Assembly: GCA_051313645.2 (NCBI GenBank)
Contig: JBNRSN020000004.1
Coordinates: 302,374,001-302,438,000 of the forward strand
Direction of reading: 5' to 3'
Source: Centroscyllium fabricii
Taxonomy: Eukaryota
Length of the DNA: 64,000 nt
A program made the translations under genes and the position numbers. Position 1 is the first letter of the stretch; every line of letters begins with the position of its first letter. The notes beneath the pieces are model-generated. The model worked only from the letters and a program-made list of their open reading frames with translations. It ran no database searches and was not told where the DNA came from. Below, piece by piece: positions 50,649 through 63,049 of this stretch.

Positions 50649-51953
50649 ATGGATGTTCAACGGAGAGCAGGTCTGGCTCTGGCCATGGAAGTGGAGTACC
50701 AACACCAACTGCTGGTAGCTGAGAACCGGAGAAGAAGGGAATCCCCAAGAAGACAGAGAAGACGCAAGCGCTGGTGGGTTCGACCATGGCTGACACCTGC
50801 TAGAAGGCTACAATATGGGCACTACAACAGACTGTTGCAAGAACTGAGGGTGGAAGATGAGAACTCCTTCACCAACTATGTCAGAATGCCACCCCAGATG
50901 TTTGATGAGCTCCTCCAAAGGATCACCCCTGTCATCCAGAGGCAGCACACCCGCCTGAGACCACCCCTAGAAGCTGGACTGAAGCTGGCCCTCACCCTCA
51001 GACACCTGGCTACAGGAGACGGGTACCCGACCCTCCACTACGACTTCAGATGTGGCAGGAGCAACGTGGGAGTGATCATCAAGGAGGTGTGCCACGCCAT
51101 CATTCAAGCGCTAAAGGACGAGGTCATGCCACTGCCCCGGACCCAGGAGGACTGGAAAGCCATTGCCCAGCAGTTCCAAGCCCAGTGGAATGTTCCTCAT
51201 GCCCTGAGGGCCTTGGATGGCAAGCACATAGCCCTCAAGAAACCACCCAAGTCCGGCAGTCTCTACTACAACTACAAGAGCTTCTTCTCCGTGGTTCTGA
51301 TGGCCATGGTGGATGCTGATTACAAGTTCATCTGGATTGACACTGGTGGACAAGGTCATCAATCTGATGGACAGATATTTGGGGCCTCAGAACTGAAGGA
51401 ATGCATCGATGACCACACCATCCACTTCCCTGACGACGAACCTCTGCCTAATGATGACAAAGACATGCCCTACTTCATCCTGGGAGACGATGCTTTTGGC
51501 CTCAGAACTTTCCTCATGAAACCCTACTCCAGGAGGGCTCTCAGTGATGAGATGATGGTGGCCAACTACCGAATCTCAAGGGGCAGACGCGTGGTGGAGA
51601 ATGGCTTTGGAATCATGTCCAGCAGATGGAGATGTTTCCTGGGAACCCTCGAACAACATCCGGATACGGTGCGCACCATGGTGGAAACAGCTGTCCTCCT
51701 TCACAACCTCATGAGGATCAGGTTCCCCGCCATTGGAAACGCAGAGGTGGACCACGAGGATGACAACCACAACATCATCCCTGGAGCCTGGAGGGCCGGC
51801 ATGCAGATGCACGCGGTTACACACCCCTATGCACGCAACAGAGACCATCAGATGGGCAAGATCCAGAGGGACTACCTCACAGCTTACTTCAACAGTGCTG
51901 CAGGATCTGTTCCGTGGCAGGAGAGAGTGGCAGGACTGAACAACCAAGTGTGA
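50649..51953 (+). CDS. Harbinger DDE transposase, 434 aa, intronless
   Basis: ALDGKH, YNYKSFFSVVL, ILGDDAF, RRVVENGFG; uninterrupted ORF. Confidence 0.93.
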   Translation: MDVQRRAGLALAMEVEYQHQLLVAENRRRRESPRRQRRRKRWWVRPWLTPARRLQYGHYNRLLQELRVEDENSFTNYVRMPPQMFDELLQRITPVIQRQHTRLRPPLEAGLKLALTLRHLATGDGYPTLHYDFRCGRSNVGVIIKEVCHAIIQALKDEVMPLPRTQEDWKAIAQQFQAQWNVPHALRALDGKHIALKKPPKSGSLYYNYKSFFSVVLMAMVDADYKFIWIDTGGQGHQSDGQIFGASELKECIDDHTIHFPDDEPLPNDDKDMPYFILGDDAFGLRTFLMKPYSRRALSDEMMVANYRISRGRRVVENGFGIMSSRWRCFLGTLEQHPDTVRTMVETAVLLHNLMRIRFPAIGNAEVDHEDDNHNIIPGAWRAGMQMHAVTHPYARNRDHQMGKIQRDYLTAYFNSAAGSVPWQERVAGLNNQV

Positions 51954-52276
51954 ATTTCAGGATACACAATGACAGTGATTTGACATTTCCTGTGATTATG
52001 GATAAATTGAGACACTCATATGTGAAAGTTATTTTTATTGTGATAAATACAGTGTGAGTCAAAAAAAGGAAACCCAGATTCAAGCCCCAGTTTCTCAGCA
52101 ACCAAGGGAGATGGCAAAAATCTTTTTTGGACTAACATATAACTGAACAAGGCATATACAGTGTAACTAAATAAAAGTGTTACCTTTCATATGTGTCATA
52201 TGTAATTCACAAAACACAAAACACAAAACCTACAACACTGTACGTATTCCCCAAAAATGTCACTTTACCCAGAATG

Positions 52277-54015
52277 TCAATCATAGTCAATGTCCTGCTG
52301 GTCAGTGTCGTTGTCCGAGAGGTTGAGCAAAGACTCCTCTAGTGGTGCACTCTGTGACCTACCAGGCTGTTGGCTGTCTGCAGGTAGAATCAGGGTCGTC
52401 AATGTGGGGGAATCACTGTGCTTAGAGGATCTTGCCTGATGATGATCGGCCTGGGTCCTAGACAGCTCCTGCTGACTTGGTGATTGACTCCAGCCCATAT
52501 ACTGCTGATCCATCCAGGATGTATCTTGGGACTGCCAAACACTAGCATGAGGACCCACAGGCTTTGTGGGCCACTGAGACGGATTTCGCTGCCACTGGCC
52601 TTGCTGTGGGTAGGTCTGCTGCCAGTGACGAGGAGGAGGCATGGACAGGGTGGCTGAGGGGCGTGGTCTGGGTCGAGAGGCTGCTGGTTCTGGTGGAGGT
52701 GGTGCTAGCGCTGCTGCCTGGCGGGACTGCTCCATGTCATCCGCCTCACTTTCCGCGTTGGAGAGGAGCTGGAACATGTTGTTCCTGAGTTCTCTGAAGA
52801 TGGGCATGGGCAGACGCTGAAAGGCTTGCCCCAAATACTCTCCAAACTTGACGCGGTCCGGAAAGGGAACAGCAGGAACAGGGGGTGTTTGCAGGATCTG
52901 GAGCAGCTTTTCCTGCCTCTCCTTTGAGCTGGCCATCTCCGCTACAAAGTCATCTTCTTGCTCCATGGCTGACCCTCTCCCCTTTCCTTTGCCACCTCTG
53001 GAGTTGCTGGTGGTGGTGATGGTGGAACTTGGGGTGATGGTGAGCGGTGGCGTGGTCACAGTCGGTTCCTGCTGGTCCACGTCCTGATCCTTGTCCTCAG
53101 GATCTCCTAGAGCCGGCAGGGTGGTAGCAGCCTTGAGGCTCTGCACGTTCCTCTTCATGACCTGGCCGATGTGCGGAATGAGGAACTGGAAGCGGTTCCA
53201 GATCCACTGCTGCCTCTCAGTGAACGCCTTGCTTGCCTGGCCACTCTTGTTCCGCCTCATCTTGCCCATCTGTGTCCTGATGCTTTCGAAGAAGGTGGTC
53301 AGGACCTTGACCTGCTTGCCCAGCCTCTTGGCCAGGTCCTCCCACGCCCTGTTCTTGTCGGCTAAGCAGTGGTCCGCCCGCCTCTTATTGTAGATGAAGT
53401 CGTGTTGTTCTAGAAAGAGGGCCACCTAGAATAAAATTAATATAGTTGTATACAAAATCAAAACCTTGAACACCCCAGACAGCCCAAATGCATTGGGCCA
53501 ATACTGGCATATCTTGGCACCGATATTGGGCCGATATTGGCAAAGTTTGCTGAATCTTGGCAAAACCGGCTGTATATTGGCATGGATTATTGGCCCACTA
53601 TAGATGGCTGTCTGGGACCATACAAAATAATTGCAAATTGACGATATATGAGAGTAATTATTAATAAAGGAATATCACATATAAATATAACAGTTACCTC
53701 ATCTTGTTCTCCGTCATTTAGTTTTGACAGGAGCCTCGCCTTCTTTGCCTTGGACCCCTGGGACCCCGGGGATGGAGTAGCTTCCCCGTCGGCAGCATCG
53801 TCGGCCTCCTGCTCGACCTCGGGCGGCTGGTCTTCCTCCTCCTGCGGACGCTCTTCATCTGTCGGGGGAAGATCTTGGTCGGCTCCATGTGCTGGAGGGA
53901 TGTCTTCTGGTAGAGTTGTTGGTTCCCTCGGGCTGTCCTCTCTCTGGTCTCGGCCGCGCTTGGTGCCTTTGCCGCGTCCCTTGCCCTTGCTGGAAGCCCC
54001 GGCTTTTCGTGGCAT
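52277..54015 (-). CDS. Harbinger MADF/Myb-like protein, 2 exons (54015-53698, 53425-52277), about 488 aa
   Basis: MPRKAG start; GAG|GTAACT donor, TTCTAG|GTG acceptor, phase 0; FLEQHDFIYNKR..AWEDLA..WIWNRFQFL. Confidence 0.85.
53474..53616. mobile_element. Tiny CCCAG-ended MITE (EnSpm/CMC-like) in the MADF gene intron
   Basis: TIR CCCAGACAGC / GCTGTCTGGG; 2-bp AC flanks; internal (A/C)TTGGC repeats. Confidence 0.7.
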
Positions 54016-55749
54016 CGTAGAGTTCTTCATAGGTCTGAAAATTCGTCGAGATGTGTACTGTAGCACTCCGTGAACTGTTATGACCTGATCAGTTCGGCGC
54101 CGCTTCTTATAGCCACGAAAATCGTACCTGATTCGTGGCTGATTCCTGACCGATTCGTACTTGATTCGTACTACATTCGGGACATTCGTGCCTGTTTCGG
54201 GATGTATTCGGCGTGGGTCCACGAATTTGAGGGAGACACGAATGGCCAAGAATAGCCCAGAATGCAGAAGAAGCGATTACGAAGCTGTTACGGACGATAA
54301 GAAAGGGTCACGAAGTGTTTACGATACATCGACGAATTTGAAATTCGTGAACCCTCCCACGAAAGTTTTTGACAAACAAAAACTTTCGTGCCGGATCGAC
54401 GAACTCACGCGAACTGTACGAATGTTTAGGAATCAACTAGGAATCATTTAAGAACTGCAAGAAACGTTTGAGAATTATCTACGAACCGGACAAATTTCCC
54501 ATTCGGGACGATTCGGGATATTCGTAGCGTAAGTGAAAGCGGGGCATAACTTGATGTTGGCAGCACAACATCGTTGCACTCCCAGTAGTAAAAGTTCTCA
54601 TTCTTTTCTGCTTGTGAATCATTTGGCAATTCTATTATTACTCACAACCCTTGTTCTTTAATGTCAACTTGATCTTAACAAAAACTTGTATTTTCTTTTT
54701 CAACAACAACTTGCATTTCTTTCAACGTAACAGTTGAATCGAAGTTTCCTTGCTGCACGCTCGCATCGCCTTTCAAACCTTGACATGCAGGTTTTCTGGC
54801 AACTGCAAAGCCCTCATCAATGGACAGAGAAGGGCTCATCTAGTAAAGGAGGACATCATTGGGTGAGGCGGACCTTGTACCCTCTCACATGACCAAGCAG
54901 ATATTCAAGGACTCTTGACTTGGCAGTCTTCCTTTCGGTCAAGTTCTAAAGACATTACCTCAACGATGCTAGGGCAGCTTTGTACCAGGTGGTACCACAA
55001 CACCAGTCTTGAAGTTCTCCGGGGAAAGGGCATAGGTGCTGATGCATTCTGATGGAGTTTGGTTAAAACTGACTAAAAATTAGAATATCGCAACCTGTGA
55101 ATATCCCCCAAAAGAACTAAAGGGGGGATGAGGAGAAAGTTATTCTGATAGCAAAAAATTAATCTCCTTTTAACTTAACCTTCTGTATTCTTTTCTGGCT
55201 GCAGCATTTACGTCTTTTTTTTTAATACAAAAATTAGACTGTGCACCAGAAGCAGTAACAAGTGAAGGTGACTGGTTTGCAGTTTCATCATTATAGACTA
55301 ATGCAGTAGGTGTCCATTAATAGCAGAGCAATTGCATTTTTTCAGGAAGCTGTAATATGCATTGATTGTAACACGAACACTAGGAGACTATTACATAATG
55401 GGTCTAGGTGAACCTTACAATATGTGTGCAACACAGCTCGAAGATTCATGGAAAATTTCTTTGTCGCACAGTGTGCAATTTTTCACTTGCTTGACACTGA
55501 CTTCAAAATTAATGCCAACACTGCAGGGAATATGGGCCATCGCTATTTTCTGTCCACGTTACAGAGATCCCCAAATGAGAGGCCATGCATTGTTTACCTT
55601 TATGGGACATACGTTGAATAAGAATGACAGATTTTGGGTCTGAACTTTAGTAAATGCTGTCCTTTTATTACTCACTTGCACTGACCTATTTCTATATTTT
55701 AGTAATGATGCTCACCGTGTCCGTTTAATTCTTTTATTATTTCTTTCAG

Positions 55750-55883
55750 TATATCCGTAATGGCAGAGTTACAAGATTTGGTGGAACGTTTGGAGAAGTC
55801 GGTCCAACGACTGGAGTTGGCATCTTTTCAGATACCAGGCGCTCTGACCACAGTTTCTGATGCAGTGAATGGAGACAGTGGAG
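55750..55883 (+). CDS. CAP2: First coding exon of adenylyl cyclase-associated protein (probably CAP2; CAP1 not excluded); ATG at 55760
   Basis: MAELQDLVERLEKSVQRLE = CAP N-terminal LVERLE..V.RLE motif; VNG..GG end resembles CAP2; polypyrimidine-CAG acceptor at 55749; phase-1 GT donor at 55884. Confidence 0.78.
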
Positions 55884-55924
55884 GTACTGTGCTGGAAATG
55901 TTTACATTTGTGCTTATACGAGAG

Positions 55925-56192
55925 TTGGTAACCAGAGGACGCACATTTATGATAATTGGCAAAAGAACCAGAGGGGAAATGGGGAGAATTTCTTTACGCA
56001 GTGCATTGTTATGGTCTGGGATGCATTACCTGAAAAAATGGTGGAAACAGATTCAACAGTAACTTTCAAAAGGGAATTGGATAAATTCTTGCTAAGGAAA
56101 CATTTACAGTGCTATGGGGAAAGAGTGGGACTAATTGGATAGATTTTTAAAGACCTGGTAGAGGCACGATGTGCGCTTTATGATTCTATGAT
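55925..56192 (+). mobile_element. CR1 3'-end fragment
   Basis: TRGRTF..., WDALP, FKRELD; TTCTATGA tail. Confidence 0.75.
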
Positions 56193-56772
56193 ATATCTAC
56201 CAATTGCATAATCTAAATATTGCACTGAATTTTACACCATGCACAAAATATCCATTTACATTCTTCTCACTCTTCCCTGCGCCCCCCCCCCGCCGCCCCC
56301 CCGCCTTTAGATTCTTTAGGCTGGAAATTACTGTCAGTTATTTATTATCGTACAAACTTAAAATAAATGAGTTAGGTCCCCAGTCTGAATTACTTGTCCA
56401 AAAGCAGTGAACCCCCAACAAAGGAGAAGCCTGGCACTGATGCAGGTTAGTCACAGATAAGGTGTCAGCCCTTCTTTAGTCCAGGCAAGTGACATTTGGT
56501 TGAGCAGCTAACCAGCACTGCTACTGCTGCACTCTCAGCTAGGGAAGCACTTAAGAATGGGCGCATACACAAGTCAGCATAAATTTATCAATCTCAAGGG
56601 ATAAACGCAACAGCAAATACACCACAAGCATGCAAACAGAATTAAAATTATTTCACTTTTAATATATTTTGCATTTTATTGTGCAGAAAAGAAAATGTCA
56701 GGCTAGTGGGACATACATGGTTAGAAAAAAACTGAACAGAAAAAACAGCTAGCAGGTTTAATAAAAGTAATA

Positions 56773-57303
56773 CAGGTTGTGCACCATTAATCCGCCACGG
56801 GCGGGACCAGGCCCGTGCCGGGAAACAGAAAAAACCGGGAGAACGAGGTTGGACACTGCGCATGCGCACCATTCAAAATGGCCACGCGCATGCGCACAAC
56901 ATTGGGATTGGCTGGCGCGCGCATGCGCAGATCGGGCCCGGGTCCGCCTTCCCTCTCCATCGCCTTTCGGGTTGCTGCTGCCGCCGAGCCGGACTCAGGC
57001 TGACAGCTGTTGCCTAGTGACTGTCCGCCTCAGTCACGGGGCTCAGCTGTCGAGAAAATAACCGGCGGCCGTATTGAATTATCTGCGCATGCGCTAACCG
57101 TCCGGCGACGCATGCGCAGATCATTCAAAACACCCGCAGCTGTTTTGAATTATCTGCGCATGCGTGGGGCGCATGCGCAGATCATTCGCTGAAGCCACAT
57201 AGGCGGCGGCCATCTTGCGCATGCGCAGTGCAGTCGGGACAATTTGTGCCGGCAGACTGAAGCTGCCGGCTATTCGGGACACGGATTTTTGGTGCACAAC
57301 CTG
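56773..57303. mobile_element. Tc1/mariner (pogo/Tigger-like) MITE, CpG-rich
   Basis: 22-bp TIR CAGGTTGTGCACCA(TT/AA)AATCCG; TA on both sides. Confidence 0.88.
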
Positions 57304-57415
57304 TAGTAGCCAATTGCATCACTTGCTGGAAGAATCAGACAGCTAGACCTGTCTCACTGTCTGTAGAGGCTGGTCTGATGTGCGTGCTACCATAAAAGGA
57401 GGCATTTGACCCATT

Positions 57416-58136
57416 GGGCAGGATTTTCATTGGGCCATGGAGGCGGGTTTAGAGGTGTGTGGGGGGTGAAATTCGTGAAATCGGGGGGCACAAACCCATC
57501 CCGCCCCCAACCCGTCTCCATGCCAGTTTCAAAGGAGGCGGAGACCCGACCTGTGCAGGTAGTTAACAGGCAGCTTTTGGCCTAATCCCTATTTTTATTC
57601 CTGAAGTGTGGGATTCCCGACGGCTCCAAACTGCACCAAGTTAGCGAGGCGGACCGTTGGGCTGAAGGGCTTAGAGGGGTCGAGATGTCCGGTGTTCAGG
57701 TGAGTGATGGGTGCATGAGTGCAGAGGTACGTCTGTTTGGTGTGTGTAAAGTGTTAAGTTTACTTAGCTTTACAGCCGTCCTTCCTTCAGGTCTCGGGAG
57801 TCCCTCATCTGTCAAAAGTTGTAGCATTCAGCTCTCTGTTCTGGAGAGATCTCTAAATCAACCTGAGAGGAAGGAATTAACTTTGGGTACAGATTGTCAG
57901 TGTTCAAAGAGCTGTCAAACACTGATATTTCATCTCTCAAAAGCTCTTGACAGATGAAATGTCAATCTGTGACATCACCTGTTGCCGGGTGGCCCTTAAT
58001 TGGCCTGTTGGGCGGGCTCAACAAGGTCAATCAAGTGAAAATCGACTGGGTTGGCCACAACTCGATGGAGGCGGGACTACAACCCCAAAAGTTGTAGTCC
58101 CACCTCCTACATGCCTCCAGTATCAAAATCCAGCCC
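57416..58136. mobile_element. MITE of the GGGCNGGATTTT family
   Basis: TIRs GGGCAGGATTTT / AAAATCCAGCCC; ATT/AAT flanks; GGCCCTTAATTGGC motif shared with the 35618 element. Confidence 0.75.
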
Positions 58137-58179
58137 AATGGGTCTGTACCAGCTAATCTCACCACCTTCCCTGTGGCAA

Positions 58180-58540
58180 ATGATTCTGTACTCCAACCAC
58201 TCCAGTTCTCCCAACCTCTCTTCACCTCTTGGTGTTCATTTTAAACTGATGACCCCTTGTCACTGACTCACCAATTGGAGGAAATGGTCCTTCCCTATTT
58301 ACTTTTTCAAAACCTTTCATAATTTTAAAAACATTTATTAAATCTTTTCTTAACTTTTTCTGCTTCAGTGGAAGTCGTCCCAGTATCTTAAGTCTTTCTT
58401 CATAACTGTAGTTTCTCTTTCCTGGTACCATCCTGGTGAAGCATTCTCTATGGCTTCAATGTTCTTTTTATAATAGGGCACTCAAAAATGCAGACAGGCC
58501 TCTGTGACCTAACCAATGTCTTGTACAGTTTTATCATATC
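58180..58540 (-). mobile_element. CR1 fragment interrupted by the Mag element
   Basis: SYEERLKILG...DLINVFKIMKG...TRGHQFK. Confidence 0.75.
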
Positions 58541-58799
58541 TGTTAAGTCCGTGACTATTAATTCTGTTAAAGTAAGACTCGACTTAAGATGCTGTGGATC
58601 AACGGTCTTTTCTTCAGGTCAGCAGAAGGGTAACTGGGGTCAAGGGCTCCACCCAGTACCTTTTATATACAGTGGTGGTGGGAAGTGGTATTACAGTAGG
58701 TTACATACACAACATTCCTCCCATCTTATTTTACTTGTACACTTATGATATTTACACCAAGGGAGATCTAACGCGGTTGGCTAACTATTTACATACAGT

Positions 58800-61700
58800 C
58801 TAATTAACGATGTTACTCAAATGTTCAGTCTCTGGGGGGGGTCTCCGCTCTCGCAATGGGTATCGTCTTCCGATGATCGGCGCCGGTGGGCTCCTGGGCG
58901 CCTCTCCAGCCGGAGCCGGCGGAATCCTGGGCGTCTCTTCAGTCGCCTCTTCGTCTGAGGTGATGTCCTCCAGGTTGTTGGGTGGCCACGTACGTTCCGC
59001 GGACACCGTCTCTCCACTAGCCCCCACGATTTGGTCTACGTGGTGCTTGATGTGTCCTTCGTCCGTGTCCACGGTGTACGTCAATGGCCCCTGTCTGGCC
59101 TTGATGGTTCCTGGTTGCCATTTGTCGTTTCGGTAGTCCCGGGCCATGACTGGTTGTCCGACCACGAAACTCCTGGTTTCCCTCTCCGCGGCCTTGCGGA
59201 ACACCCAGTTTTCCACATCCCTCCGGATGTTCGGCTTCAGTAGGTCCAGCCGGGTTCGTAGCCTCCTGTTATAAAACAAAACTGCAGGTGCGTGGTTAGT
59301 TACCGCATGTGCGGCGTTGCGGTAGGCAAACAGGAAATTATCTATCTTATGTTGTTGGGGCAGTTTCCTTTCCCCCTGTCTTTGATTGCCTTTTTAAACG
59401 TCTGCATAAATCTCTCGGCCAACCCGTTCGTAGCCAGATGGTATGGTGCTGACGTGTAGTGTCGTATCCCGTTCCTTTTTAGGAACGACCTAAATTCTTC
59501 CGACACGAACTGGGGGCCATTATCGGAGCAAATTTGTTCAGGAATCCCGTTACCGTCTTTTCCGCGGTGGTCGATGACATCTGTATCACCTCCGGCCATT
59601 TTGAGTGGGCGTCCACGACTATTAGGAACATGGTGCCCATGAACGGCCCCGCAAAGTCGACGTGGATTCTCTGCCACGGTGATGATGGCCATTCCCATGG
59701 GTGTAGTGGTGCCTGAGGAGGTGCATTCTGTACTTTCTGACACCCTTGGCATTCTTTTGCCAACAGCTCTATGTCCTTATCTACTCCTGGCCACCATATG
59801 TACGCCCTGGCTAGGCTCTTCATTTTGACTCCCCCCAAGTGTCCCTCGTGCAGGTCCGCCAGGACTTTCTTCTGTAGTTTCTGCGGTATAACTACTCTAG
59901 CCCCGCACATTAGGGTGCCCCGGCATACCGACAGTTGCTCTTTCCTTGCCGCATACGTCGGCCATAGGGTTTAGTCCTCCCTGGACCACCCTTTTATTGT
60001 GGTTTCATATATCTTTGCCAAGGCGGGGTCATTCCTGGATTCGTGCTTGATTTGTTGGCTCGTAACCGGTAAGTTTTCAAGCACCGCCGTGTGGTACATT
60101 TCTAGGTGTGCATCCTCAGCGGTTTCAGGTATTGGCAGTCGCGATAGGCCATCGGCATTGCCGTGCTGTCTTGTCCCCTTGTATTCTATCGTATATTGGT
60201 GTGCCCCCAGGAACAATGCCCATCTCTGTAATCTCTGGGCTGTCATCTCGGGTACGCGAAAAATTAAGATTAAGGGTTGGTGATCCGTCAGCAATGTAAA
60301 TTTTTGGCCATGTAGGTACTGATGAAACTTTTTTGCTCCCCACACGAGGCTGGGTGCATCCCTATCGATCTGCGTATAGTTTTTCTCTGCCGCCGTCAGT
60401 GATTTTGATGCAAATGCAATCGGCCTCTCTGTTCCGTCCCCACATCTGTGGGACAGTACCACCCCAATGCCATATGGCGATGCATCACATGCCAGTCTTA
60501 TTGGCAGTCTCGGGTCAAAGTATGCTAGCACCTCTTTAGATGTTATGAGCTGCTTGCTTTTCTTAAATGCTGTCATGCAGGCCTCATCCCATTTCCATGG
60601 AGCTCCTGCCTGTAGCAGTGCATTCAGGGGGTGTAATACGGTCGACAAGTTGGAGAGGAACTTGTGGTAATTTATGAGGCCAAGGAATGACCGCAGTTGT
60701 GACATGTTTCTGAGGGTGGGGCTTTTACTACCACTGTGATCTTTTCTGGGGACTTGTGTAGGCCCTCTCTGTCTATCTCATGGCCACAATATCAGATGCG
60801 GTCTTTAAAAAATTCACATTTTTGTCGGTTTGCCCGCAGGCCATATTCTTTTAGCCTATCTAGTACCTTTTCCAGGTTGGCCAGATGTTCCCCGTCTGTT
60901 TCCCCTGTCATTGTGGCCCTGGGATGTCCTGTAATACCTGGTCCATGGTCCTCTGCCATATAGCTGGGGCTGACGCTATCCCAAATACCATACGGTTATA
61001 TTGGTACAACCCTTTGTGTGTGTTTATCGTCAACAGCTTCCTGGACTCCGGTTCCACCTCCATCTGAAAATAAGCTTGGGACAGGTCAATTTTTCTGAAT
61101 TGTTTCCCCCCTGCCAATGAGGCGAATATGTCATCGATCCTTGGCAGGGGGTACTGTGCTATTTTCAAGACCGGATTGAGTGTCGTCTTGAAATCCCCGC
61201 AAATGCGGATCTTTTTTGATTCCCCTTCCTTAATTGGTGCCTTATTGATAACTGGCACTATGAGCGTTGCCCACTCGCTCCACTCTACTTTCGATAAGAC
61301 CCTTCTAGGGCCTTTAATTCTGCCTCCACCGTCGGCCTTATTGTGTATGGCACCGCCCGTGCTTTAGCAAATTGTGGCGTGGCGCCCTGTGTAATTGTGA
61401 TTTTTGCCTGATTGTTCTTCAGTTTCCCCAACCCTTGTTGAAATACCTCTGGGGTCTTTGCCAGAAGCTCGGCTAGTTTCCCCGCAACCGTTGGGTCCTT
61501 GTCGTTCTTCTCTTTCTTCTTTACTTGGAGTTCGTTGATGGAGTTCCAGTCTAGGTGGATCTTCCTGATCCATTCTCGCCCTAGAAGTGGTGGTCCCCCA
61601 TCTTGTAGGACATAGAGGTACAAGCCTGTTACTTTCCTTTCATTATATTGTACCGTGACGGGTAACCTTCCCATCGTCTGGAACTTCTGTCCCGTATATG

Positions 61701-63024
61701 TTTTGAGGATTACTGGCGTGTCCTCCAGGGGCACGCCTCTAAATAGCCTTTTATAGTCCTTTTCATTTATTACCGATAGGGCTGACCCCGTATCCAGTTT
61801 CATATTTATCTTTACCCCTGCGACCTTCAGGTTTATCGCTGTGGTCTGTGGAGTTGCTTATGTTGTGCACCCTGAGGCTACCCAGCCCCAATTCTTCTCT
61901 CCTGGCGGTTTCTGACTCGCTACCTGAGCTGTCCTCGGATAGCCGGTGGACTCTTCTGCCCTTCCTGGGTCTAATCCGGCTATCCGACATTGGGGGCTTC
62001 CTCCCTGACCTACAGACTTTAGCTATGTGACCTAATTTCCCACACTGACGACAGGTTTTATCCTTGAACCAGCATTGTGCCTGGTTCTGTGTGGTTTTCC
62101 CACAGCGATAGCACTTGTTGGTGCTTGCCGTTACCTCGTGTGTGTCACAGTATGTTGTCCCCTGCCAGATGTCCGCTGCCCCCAATGCAGCCGCTTCGTG
62201 TGCTGCCGCTATCTTTACCACCTGCTCCAATGTGAGCGTTTTTGTCAGTAATTTGTTTTGTGTGGCTTCGTTTAATAATCCACAGACAAATCGGTCCCTC
62301 ATGTGATCTGCCAGCCCATTTGCAAATTGGCAGTTCTTTGAGAGTCGTCGCAACTCCGTTAGATGTTCTGCCTGGGACTCTCCCTTATGTTGGTCACGCT
62401 TGAGAAATCTGAACCGTTCTGCTATGAACGGTGGTTTAGAAACATAGAAACATAGAAACTTGGAGCAGGAGTAGGCCATTCAGCCCTTCGAGCCTGCTCC
62501 GCCATTCAATGAGATCATGGCTGATCATCCAAACCCAGTACCCCGCCCCTGCCCTCTCCCTATATTCCTCGATCCCTATCGAGCCTGCATCGACACATAT
62601 CCCACCCTATCCCCGTAACCACACATATTTAATCCCCCTAACACACTAAGGGCCAATATTATCCTGGCCAATCAACCTAACCCGCACATCTTTGGACTGT
62701 GGGAGGAAACCGGAGCACCCGGAGGAAACCCACGCAGACACAGGGAGAATGTGCAAACTCCACACAGATAGTACCTGAGGCTGGGTTTAAGTGATTCTTT
62801 AAGGCTGTTTTTAACTCCTCCAGCGATTTGTCTGCTGGTTTATCTGGCATTAATAGGGTTCTTAATAACCCGTACGTCTCTGCCCCGATTGCGTTTAGCA
62901 ATGTCATGGCTTTATCGTTGTCTGTTACCTTCTTTACTTTGCAGTAAATTTCAAAACGCTCTATATATGCTTCCCAATCTTCCTTGTCCGCATTGAACGC
63001 CCCTAAAGCCTCTGACCGCTGCAT
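58800..63024 (-). pseudogene. gag-pol of the Mag element
   Basis: EDWEAYIERFE gag, two knuckles, LDTGSA, RICGDFK, RT YLDD deleted near 60910, ACDASPYG, LHEGH..CQGC, HVDFAGP, SDNGPQF; many frameshifts. Confidence 0.92.
62439..62782 (-). mobile_element. 5'-truncated HE1-type V-SINE inserted in Mag gag
   Basis: Closely similar to 16078-16410; (TTTCTATG)n tail; gag rejoins as HLNP|KPP. Confidence 0.9.
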
Positions 63025-63049
63025 TGTTACTTAGATTTCTTAGGTTTCT

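Larger units (their letters stand above)
50216..54546 (+). mobile_element. Autonomous PIF/Harbinger transposon, apparently intact
   Basis: About 46-bp TIRs (A/T)GCCCCGCTTTCACTTA(T/C)GCTACGAATATCCCGAATCGTCCCGAAT; TAA TSD 50213-50215 and 54547-54549; convergent transposase and MADF genes. Confidence 0.96.

Noticed and set aside
55884-56062. C-terminal part of the 100-aa CAP ORF
   Set aside because: Intron read-through past the GT donor into a CR1 fragment
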